Positions 53,494 to 64,000 of a stretch of 64,000 bases of DNA are shown piece by piece. Source of the DNA: Octopus sinensis (taxonomy: Eukaryota); NCBI RefSeq assembly GCF_006345805.1, contig NC_042998.1, positions 189,906,001-189,970,000 of the forward strand, given 5' to 3'. Numbering within the stretch: position 1 is the first letter of the stretch; each line of letters starts with the position of its first letter. The position numbers and the translations under genes are program-made. The notes below the pieces were generated by a model. The model was not told where the DNA came from. It saw nothing but the letters and a program-made list of their open reading frames with translations, and did no database searches.

Positions 53494-53534
53494 AGGTAAT
53501 TGCGGTCGTTCTTTCTCCTCTCCTTCACTGTCAC

Positions 53535-53574
<40 letters not shown>

Positions 53575-54914
53575 ATATGTTTGTGTACGTGACCTTACGA
53601 ATTGGTAAGTGTGTATGAAAGAGAGCGCGCGGACTGTTTACCGCATTTGTTTGTGTATGTATATGCATTTGCATGTATGTATGTGTGTTTAAAAATCTCT
53701 GTCTGACAGGAGAGACGTGGAAGGGATAAAGAGAGAGAGAGAGAATCGAGAATCGTATGCAATGCATGTATTGTACATAATCCATATCATTGTGTATTTC
53801 TCTGCTATCTAACCTGACAGCAAAAGTTCATAGGTGCAATATGTTTGTCTCATCCTACCATGTTCTCCGTGTTCCAACATAAAACTAATTCCTAGAAAGT
53901 TGCTGCCTGTGACCACGGAATGGATATTTGACTTTATGAATTTCAATTCCGTAGTCAATGAATATGTTATTTCCTCTTTGAATTTATGAATGAAAATATC
54001 AGAATTGCTGTTTGATCGTGACTAATTTTACACTATATTTCTGCTAGATTTTTTTTTTATATAAGAATAAAAAAACAGAAGAAAGAAAACCTAACAAAAA
54101 ATGGATTTTCTTTATCATTGTTTATTTATATTGTTCCGTTTTTATTCTGTATTTTTAATCCGCATTTTCAAGCATAATTCATCAATTTTAATAAAAAATG
54201 AATTATATCAGTTTTTAAGCAGAATGAATTTAAGGATTAGGAGTATTACAGCTATCACTTAGAGAGCAGCCACAGAAATGGAATGTTTTCACAAGATTAT
54301 TGATCTGAAATTAAAGAGATTTTCCTATGATGAAGTCTTTTCTCTCAGTGCCTAAAATTGATGAGGCCGAGAGAAAACTCTTAACCTTTTTCTGCTTTTT
54401 TTTTTAAATATAAAATCATGAAATTGAAATTCAAAAGCTGCTTTTACTTATGAACACTAACGCACACAGAGGCCAACGTAATCCTCTTTCTGCTTGGAAT
54501 CATTATTGAATATGCAAATTGTTCTGATTGTTTGACACATAAAACAATGGAATAAAAAATACTTCTTATAAATACCTCCTCACTCCACTCACCTCATTTA
54601 GAAGGGAAGCTAAAATTTAAAAAAGTAACAGATAAATTAAAAAGAAAGAAAGAAAGGAAGAATGAAAAGCTTCTCTTCTAAAATAAAATTCTACGAATAA
54701 AAGATATGAAGGAGTGGGGCGGTATTTGTCTCTTCTATCAGTTATTCTGTCTCGCCTTCTAAGTGTGATACAGAAAGTATAGAGATGCATCACCCCCATC
54801 TTCTCTCTCTTTCGCCATCTCCCTTTCTCCTCTCTCTCCTTCTGATACTTTCACTTTTCCTCTCCCTCTCTCCCTCTCGCTTTTTCTCTCCTTGTCCTTG
54901 TCTCTTTCTTTCAG

Positions 54915-54945
54915 ATAATGATTGCTGAATCCAACAGATGGCGCC
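54915..54945 (+). CDS. Candidate 31-nt micro-exon (IMIAESNRWR)
   Basis: A ~110-nt polypyrimidine tract ending TCTTTCAG, then 31 nt, then the consensus donor GTGAGT. Confidence 0.4.
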
Positions 54946-55639
54946 GTGAGTATTCGGCTAATATCTCTGAATACAGTTAACAGAGCTGTGTAAGCAGCCA
55001 GTTTTTTTTTCAAAACTCAATACGGTTCTTTTTCATCTATCCCTTCCTGCTGACTCAATCGACCATTCTTTGCCCTTCCTCCATCACTGTCTGCTCCCAC
55101 ACTAGAACTTTATCCTGTTACCCATTTCATTAGAATCCTTCCCTACCTCAACCCCCATTGCTACCGTGACTAGTATAAAAGATTACTGAATTGAAGTCAA
55201 ACAAGACGATTCAGCGAGAGTCGCAATAAATACTATGAAAGTTAACAGCAGTCGTGCAACCCATATGGTGTCGCATAGAATAATCTTTTATACAATATAG
55301 TAATTGTGGTCTCCAGGAAAACAAGCATGCAAATAAGTCTATTGTTTAAAGTGGAGTAATCAAGAAAATACGTCTGTTAAAAAACAGAAAGCATCAATTG
55401 TAATACGAAGAAAAAAGACTAATTAACGATTTTTAGAGTAAAACAATTACACAAAATATTTTTGTTTAAGGCCTATACAAAGACTTTCAGTGTCATAGCA
55501 AATTCATGAACATAATTTAGAAAGATCAATAATAACAAAAACTATGAAAACAATTGAACTTCAAAAATAAATGACCGGAGAACTAACGAAACATTAATTA
55601 TTTATTGATTTTTAAAAGGAATAAACTGGTCTATAATAA

Positions 55640-56294
55640 TTGCTTCTGATTTAGGCACAAGGCCAGCGATTTCGCGGGGATGAGAGTTTCCCAGATATAG
55701 TCCACCTTAGTAACTGGTTGGTACTTTATTTTATCGACCTTAAAAGGATAAAAGGTAAAGTTGACCGTGTAAGGATTTGAAATCAAGATGCAAAGAGCCA
55801 GCCGAAATTCCCCAAGGCTTTGTATCAACTGCTTTAAATATTCTTCCAGTTTTTCATCATCGATAGTTGGGGAATAACAAAATGAACAACAATAATTATG
55901 ATTTCAAATTCTGACATAAGGCCAGCAATTGCGGCAGAGGAGTTAAGTCGATTACAACGACTTCAGTAATTCACTGGTAATTATTTTATCGACCCCGAGA
56001 AGATGAAAGACAAAGACGACTTCGGCAGGATTTGAACTCAGAACGTAAAGAAGGGCGAAATACATATTTCTTTACTGCCCACAAGGGGCTAAACACAGAG
56101 AGGACAAACAAGGACCGACAAACGGATTAAATGTATTATATCACCCCAGTGCGTAACTGGTACTTATTTAATCGACCCCGAAAGGATGAAAGGCAAAGTC
56201 GACCTCGGTGGAATTTGAACTCAGAACGTAGCGGCAGACGAAATACCGCGAAGCATTTCGTCCGGCGTGCTAACGTCTTTGCCAGCTCGCCGCC

Positions 56295-56295
<1 letters not shown>
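55640..56295 (-). mobile_element. Cluster of three family B SINEs (youngest 56065-56295)
   Basis: Repeated minus-strand family B blocks at about 55650-55800, 55910-56062 and 56065-56295. Confidence 0.85.
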
Positions 56296-56357
<62 letters not shown>

Positions 56358-56400
56358 CAACAACAACAACAACAACAACGACGACGACGACGACGACGAC

Positions 56401-56463
<63 letters not shown>

Positions 56464-56511
56464 GGTAGTTGTGGTGGTGGTGGTGGTGGTGGTGATGATG
56501 ATGGTGATGAT
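56295..56511. repeat. Compound trinucleotide microsatellite (AAT)n-(AAC)n-(GAC)n-(GAT)n-(GGT)n-(GAT)n
   Basis: Direct reading. Confidence 0.95.
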
Positions 56512-57305
56512 ATCAGCAATAATAATTTCTGGGTTAGTAAAATAAATAGCAGATGAGCGTTGGTGTCGATGTAACAGACTAAACCCATTACCTAAAAATT
56601 TGTTGGTTTGTGCCAAAAAATTTGAAATTCTCATAACAGCTGATTAAGTTCTGAGCTTAAAATCACCGTTAAGATCGATTCATTTTCTTCTCTCTAGAAG
56701 TCTAGATTCATATAATTCTTATGACATATATATATAATGTTTGATACCACCACAACGTGGTTGTTCTGCATAGAACAATGTTAGTACTGTTTTTTAGAAC
56801 AAGCAACTTTGCTTATATATATATATGCTCGCGCACGTGTGAATATGTGTGTGTATCACTAGGAATACAAGAAAGATTGCAATGTAAGAGGAGACAAGGA
56901 AATATAATACATATGAAATTAAATAAGTAAAGCAATTTGTAAAAAAAAAACCCAGAAAAATTGAAGACTACAATGAGAATGTATATAGTAAATACAACAA
57001 ACAAATGCTTCAAGTTATATCCTATTCAAATAAAAATAAAAATAAGAGCACTCAGAGAGTGTAAACCTCCACCGAGGCAACACCAACGTCCTGAATTTTT
57101 ATTACCCACAAGGGGCCAAACATAGGGGTTGGTATGTATCATGCTCCTCTTTTAATAATAGGTATGAGGCTGGAAGTGTATCCTGAGAACTGGATTTGCA
57201 AACTCCTTACCGTGGCCTATAGATATGCTCTTGTATTTTTCTAACCTCAGAGGGCAACTTTCTAGGTGCAATTCCATGGTCATGAATGACCATGGAATTG
57301 CATTC

Positions 57306-57600
57306 GTGAAGGCGCATGGCTTAGTGGTTAGGATGTTGCATTCACGATTTTGAGATCGTGGTTTCGATTCCCAGACCGGGTGTTGCGTTGTATTCTTGAT
57401 CAAAACACTTCATTTCACGTTGTTCTGCGCTCATTTCGCCATCTGACAAGTGGCACATCCTGCACCTGTACAGGTAATGTCGATTTGATGGAGGGAGTGA
57501 GCTTATATGAACACCAACATTTCATCACTATAAACAAATCGTCTGCGTAGTTGTTCAGTAAGAAATTGCAGAACCCTCATACGTCATCTAGCGACAGGAA
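57306..57600 (+). mobile_element. SINE family C
   Basis: Head GAAGGCGCATGGCTTAGTGGTTAGG...GGTTTCGATTCCC, then TTCTTGATCAAAACACTTCATTTCAC. Confidence 0.8.
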
Positions 57601-57730
57601 ACTCTATAATATACATACATACATACATATATCTGTTGGAGAAATCAGCTGGTCCCTGGGCATCTATGTGGTTAAAAAGATACGAGAGAAGGGGGACATC
57701 TAAGGACCATTGATGAGGAGTTTGCAAATC

Positions 57731-57799
<69 letters not shown>

Positions 57800-57802
57800 G
57801 TG

Positions 57803-58016
57803 TGTAACATTTATTCGGTAGCCATGATAAAACTCCGAGTTTCGGATGTCGGGGTGGAAGACCACGCTGCCATCTCTTCAGTAATCGGGCCATCGAAAAC
57901 ACAAAAAGTTTTACGTTTTTTTTTCGATGGCCCGATAACTGAAGAGATGGCAGCGTGGTTTTCAGCCCAACATCCGAAACTCGGAGTTTTACCATGGCTA
58001 TCAAATAATTGTCACA
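57803..58016. mobile_element. Foldback element with a hammerhead-like motif in each arm
   Basis: Arms 57803-57899 and 57921-58016 are about 90% reverse-complementary. Each reads outward GAT(A/T)A-CTGAAGA-GATG...CATC-C-GAAA-CTCGGAG-TT-TTA(C/T)C. Confidence 0.8.
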
Positions 58017-61000
58017 TATTATATTTACAGCTAAGTTCCTCTATTTACATAATATCGAGGTCTCTTTCATTATATATATATATATATATATTCATATACA
58101 CACGTATGTTCGACTCATTATAAATATATGATTTCTATGAAGTTTTACCAAGATAAAAACAATTCTAATTATATAACGCTCCCAGGTGAACAGCTTCAGT
58201 TGCTAAATTTGAGGCCTTGTGCTCATTTACAAGTTAAAGTCTGAGGGTTGTGGAAAGTTCTTTTTTTTTTTTTTCGTACTTGATCGGTCTTGAAGAGGCT
58301 GTTCGACCTGTTGGTGTGGTTTCTGCTCTTCCCTTATATTTTGCAAAAAATGCTACACTTTAAAAAAATTGCTTTAGCGAGGAAGAAGCCAATGAAGGAA
58401 CCGCTATATAAGCGGTTACTAGAAATAGCAGTAATTTCTCCCTCTACCGCATTAAATAAAAGAACTTTGAAGAAACATAGTTGTATATACAGAGTCGATG
58501 GGATGGTCACAACTGCAAAGCTTTTGATCATAAGTTTGCTTGACTAGGTCTAAATTACAACATCAACTGTGTCCAAGCTACCTTGATGCTAGAGTAATTA
58601 ATCACTTGCCAATCATTTCTTCATAATTTCCCACCTGAATATAATACTTTCAAAACTATACACATTAGACCACTTTGTAAGCTATATTACCACGTATGTA
58701 CACTGATAAAAAATTTACAGACAAACATTAATTGTATTTATTGTGCCAAAGCACAGACGGTAGTGTCAATGTATTTTTTTTGTGTGTGTTATAACACAGG
58801 CAGGGACATTAATAATGATGCTAACAGACCGTCACAAATATTACGAGGTGGGAGCGCTAAGCAGTGGTATGTATAAATGCAATGTTATTACTAGTTCGAA
58901 ATTTTCTCCATGAGAAATTTTCTCCATGTCAAAACAGTGTGAATGGCTTGTTTACGAATTCGAACTTGCTACTGGCATATTTGAACTAGTAAAACCACAA
59001 ATATGTAATTCATAATTTTTTTCATTCGTTCCAAATATTTAAATGTCATCCTTCATATCTTAAAAACAGAAATATTTCATATGATTTTGTTCAGACAACT
59101 TCCGAACTCTATTTTTCTTACTGAAATCGGTTATTTGAGATGATAACTAAAACTGTATTTATTTACTTCGCTCATAAATGAAAACTTCTACTGCAAAATA
59201 TACTAACATCATTCTCCTTCTAAATACATTTTTGCAAAAAAAGAAAGAAAGAAAAACGAAAAAAGAAACGGTTTTTTTCCGCTTACATTTCGATTATTTG
59301 TTTCAGTGAATCCTTGAGATGACAAATTCGTCACTTCAACATGAAAAGTGTCCGAGTTGTTGACAATGGAGAAATGTACAATGGATATTCATACGATTTC
59401 AGTCTTTGTTCCAATAAGAAACTAGAAGCAGGTCTATGTATGACTGCTGGTTATTGCTAGCAATAAAAATCATCGAGCAGCGATTAGCAGTTGTCTATTT
59501 TTTCACATGCGGAAATTATTTACTGAATTACCTTCAAGTCTAATTCAGACCGAAACTATTTTTAATACAAACGTTAAATAAGTCCCATAATTTCTATTTT
59601 CTGTTCCCGTTCCAAGGCTTCTTTAAGCGTTATCCTTCCGATTAGCTCCTGGCCAATGGAACTTTAAATCTTTTTCCTGTCTACTATGATGAGTCATGTC
59701 ACATTTATAGAAAAGTGAGACGAGATAAAATTTTATTAAAAAAATACAGAAGTATAAAAGCAATTGTTATGGTTTCTCTAAGATATATCGCCAGAAAATC
59801 TCATTAATAAAAAAAATAAGCTTTGATTTATTTTTAAAATATGTAAACCCTCGGTATACCATTACATTTAACATAAAGTCTTAAATATATTCTAAAATGC
59901 TTGATTTCAGAGTAAAATTAGTACGGGAAGCAGTTCTTGAGACAAGTTCTGTACGTTAAACATTGCAGAAGTGGCTGCAATGGACACTAAATAAACAATA
60001 AGGTAACCTCTACAAGGTCGATCGAAATCTCCGTTCAAATACGTTAATAAAAAAATGAGAAATATATGCAAAACATTGGATGATCATGGTTGAAATACCT
60101 TTGATCATAGCTATGTCTAACTCCAATCAGGGCTGATCTGGATCCTATCATAATGTATATTTTACTAAATTTCAAATTGTAATTTAGAGAAAAATCTATC
60201 AATTAAATGTATTTTGATAATAATAATAATAAATCCGTCAGTTTTTACTTGGAGATTATTTCATGAAATTTATAAGAGACGAGTCATAAATATTACGAGA
60301 TAGGAACCTAAAACATAATTTAAAAACTTCATAGAATTAGTAAAACTAATATTTGTCCTTGCTAGAAAAGAAACATCAGTGTCTATGAGCCTGTTAATGA
60401 TCTCTAAATCTTTTTCCCAGTGTTATTCCTTTACTAATTTCGATAACTGGAATGGAGGTGTAATGTGACAAAGACTTGATAAAAAAGAAAAATATGCCTA
60501 CTGATAAAAACTTAAAACAACAATCTAGCAGTTGCCAGGCGACCGCGCTGACCATTGTACACTGTGCATGATTTTATAAGCAGTATGTTTTTAAAATCCA
60601 TGCAGGAGAAACCAATCATAGAAGCGGGTTGAGGAAAGGATAAAAATTTACGGTGGTTTTTCAGCATGACCATAGCCGCATGACTGAAACGTCTAAATTA
60701 GTAAAACTAATATTTGTCTTAGCTAGAGAAGAAACATCAATGTCTATGAGCCTGTTAAGGACCGCAAAATAAATTCCCCGTAATAGTTATAATAGGATTT
60801 ATTGAAATTCATAAGTGTAGTGCAAAAGGGTAAAGGAATAAGAATATATATACATAAACTTAGATAAACTTAGATATGTTTCGACCAATGATTGGTCCAG
60901 GCCATGTCTAACTTAATAGCACCACCTGAGAGGATTATTTGAATCCTGTTTAAGGATATATATACACACACACATATATATTATATATCTGTATCTATAT

Positions 61001-61121
61001 CTATCTATCTATATATATATATATATATATATATATTTCGATATTACAATGTTTCAAGCGTACCACAACGCTCATATATATGTATGTGTATATACATATA
61101 TATATATATACACACACACCA

Positions 61122-61178
<57 letters not shown>

Positions 61179-61230
61179 TTTATATATATATATACATATA
61201 TATATATGTATATACATATACATACATACC

Positions 61231-61282
<52 letters not shown>

Positions 61283-61283
<1 letters not shown>

Positions 61284-61421
61284 GCAGGAGTGGCTGTGTC
61301 GTAAGTAGCTTGCTTACCAACCACATAGTTTCGGGTTCATTCCCACTGCGTGGTACCTTGGGCTAGTATCTTCTGCTTTGTGAGTAGATTTGGTAAACGG
61401 AAACTGAAAGAAGCCCGTCGC
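61283..61421 (+). mobile_element. SINE family A, head only
   Basis: Matches 2128-2290 with an internal deletion. Confidence 0.85.
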
Positions 61422-61441
61422 ATATATATATATATATATGC

Positions 61442-61776
61442 TGAAACCCCCTTCGTTCATGACTGACCATGGATTGCACCTAAAAAGTTACCTTCCGAGG
61501 CACAAATCCGGGCAAGGTTAGTTATGGAAGACCAGCAGTCGTCCATGCATACCGGCCTCTCCTCTCCACGCCATCAGTGTTATCCAAGGGAAGGCAAAGG
61601 CCGATACAGCTTGGAACCTGTGACGTCGCAACTCATATTTACAGCTGAGTTAACTGGAGCAACATGAAATAAAGTGTCTTGCTCAAGAACACAACACGCA
61701 GTCCGGTCCGGGATTCGAACTCACAACCTCACGATCAGAAGCTCGACGCTCTAACCACTGAGACATGCGCCTTCAC
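61442..61776 (-). mobile_element. SINE family C variant, full length
   Basis: Minus strand tRNA head (GGCGCATGTCTCAGTGGTTAGAGC...GAGTTCGAATCCC) and TTCTTGAGCAAGACACTT. Tail TAGGTGCAATCCATGGTCA is shared with 57255-57290. Confidence 0.85.
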
Positions 61777-64000
61777 ACACATAAACACATATCTATATAT
61801 ATATATAGTAATTTAAGATTAGGTAGTGTATATAATACCACTTCCTAAAGTCAGAGCAGTGGGAACCCAAAAAAATTGTATCCATTCTTAATGCATTCTG
61901 GCAGATTCGATGGTGAATATCTGATCGATGTTGCTTTTGGCCACCGGAGAATTCGCGGATTTACCAGTATACGGGAACTTCGAGAGACCGCGATGTTTCG
62001 ACCTTACTCTGCGTCTCTTTAGTCGAAACAACCTCACGACTGGACTGTTCGAATTTGCCACAACGTCTTAAGAATAGATACGTTAATTTTGAGATTCTTG
62101 ATATTCTGCGTGCAGATGCAGATGCACGCATCAGCTAATAATTTATTTGCTGATTTCTACAAACAAGAGCTCATGCGGCTGCAGAGTAGCTTCGACTAGG
62201 GAAACACACATGGAGGTCAGAATGCTGCGGTGTCTCGAAGCCCCGTTACATCGAAGAATCATGTGTGTTATGAATGCACATCGCCTAAAGGATAGAGGCG
62301 TCCTTCTGAGCATATTAGAGAATATTTTAGAAGCTATTATTAAAGATTTGGCTAAAATACATTTTTCTTAAATTCCTTCATGGCACATCAAAACCAATAT
62401 TCTACTTTGTGCAGAAAACAACCGAGAAAAAGTGATTTTATAAATCAGAATATTTCAATTGCGATGCGTTGTTATAGTTTTCAGTCCTTAGTTTCTTCTG
62501 TATCTATATTCTAATGTTTACAATATTTGTTTTTACCATTAAATAGTATTCGAAGAATAACTCCCATTAAAAGAATAAATGGAGCTGAAAGAAAGAAAGA
62601 AAGAAAGAAACAAACAAACAAACAAAAACACACGCATTAAAACAATAATTCGCGCTGTGAGAATAAACTGCGTTCAAAAATAATTCACATTGTAGGGAGA
62701 AAATGACTAAAAAGAATATTCGTTTAAAAGAATAAAATACGTTAAGAAATTAGCGTTAAAAAATATATATTGCGTTGAAAGAATATTCTGCAGTCACAGA
62801 AAAAAATTGCTTTGAAAGAATATATAAAATACTGCTTTCAGATATAGAATAAATCTTCTGTATCTGCATTGTAAGAAATTATGAGAGAAAATTCTTATTT
62901 CGTCATAATTATATTATTTATCATTAGCACTGTCGAAAAGGGGAATTAAAATTGCACTCACTGCATTCAATGTATAATGCTTCCATATTTATCTTTCGGA
63001 GATTTTTTTTTACTCACATTTCTTACGACCTCTTACAGCTAAATAGATTATATCATCATATATTGTCTTATTTATAGTTAAATTTAGCATAAAATCTTTC
63101 AAGATGTATACATTTCTGGAGCCGAAATACTTCTATCGAAATATTTCTTATTCAGGTACTGAAATTATTGTCGTTGTTGTTTTGGTTGAAATCCAAATCG
63201 AAATTTGGGCTTCAACCATATTCAAACCACGACCATTGTGTCTATTATTCAGACAACATAAATAGATCCTTATGATTAAGATGTGTCCTTTCTTTTTAAG
63301 GATTCTAGGAGATTTGTGTGCTACTTCTAGCAGTTATCTCGTTCACATTGAGTCCTTTTCGTTGGCTCCTTGAATAATCGAAGTACTTCATAAATGCAGA
63401 ATAGTCTTAAACTGACACAATAAAACTACTCATGTCTATCAACGATAACTGAATTGCGTAACATTTTACTCTTTAACAAGTAGTCTGATTAATACAGAAT
63501 TCTAGTGCTTCTATGAATTATATTTAAGAGTTTCCTGTAAGTAGCATTTGTAAACCGTAATTAGTCAATTCCTATAAAAGAGTATAATTTCGTCTTAATG
63601 GTCCGCAACATTTTGAAGAAGAAGCAGTTGAAAATTTACTACAAGTTCAATACAGTGTATCGGCAGATGAAATGTGCGTCAATATATAAAATATCTAAGT
63701 CGATTTGAGGAAAAGAAACTAACCACGGGGATACAAAGTAATATAATTTACGTTCTAATTATAAAAACGTTTTGAACAATGCTCCTTCCTCAATAAAAAA
63801 GCAGGGCAAAAAGGAACGGAGGTTAGATAGAAATAGGTTTGCTGCTTTATCGTGTACGTAACTTGATGAATGAAATATTACTCGTGGCTAGTAAATCAGA
63901 AATAGATAACCCTGTTCTTCTCTAAAAACAACAGAGAGTGATTTGAAGACAGTATGTGTTTCTATATTTCCATTTAAAGATTTCAAAATAAATGAGTGAT

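Noticed and set aside
56131-56634. Poly-N/D/G or poly-P/S/L low-complexity proteins
   Set aside because: The ORFs begin inside a SINE or run through the compound microsatellite.
60870-60905. GACC/GGTC-GAAACAT stem on the minus strand
   Set aside because: No catalytic core upstream.

Overview
AT-rich, microsatellite-saturated eukaryotic DNA. The SINE families and repeat landscape match what I recall for cephalopods, probably Octopus; this is inference. No intact protein-coding gene is present, and most ORFs in the track are translations of (TA)n, (TG)n or (TACA)n repeats. The window is a mosaic of three tRNA-headed SINE families, decayed CR1/L2-group, RTE and L1/Tx1 LINEs, a Mag-type Ty3/Gypsy remnant, mariner elements and MITEs, a probable Helitron and a Penelope-like element with a GIY-YIG domain. 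Two short candidate host exons on the + strand (31903-31986, 54915-54945) suggest the window is mostly intron. The most striking signal is a set of hammerhead-ribozyme motifs in small ORF-less modules next to (TA)n/(TG)n tracts: a near-canonical type I hammerhead at 44867-44913 inside a ~540-bp module with interleaved inverted repeats and a 353-nt terminal redundancy (retrozyme-like), a foldback with a hammerhead-like motif on each strand (57803-58016), and variant or decayed motifs near 5.3k, 18.5k, 48.3k and 62k. All structures were read by eye and none was folded computationally.
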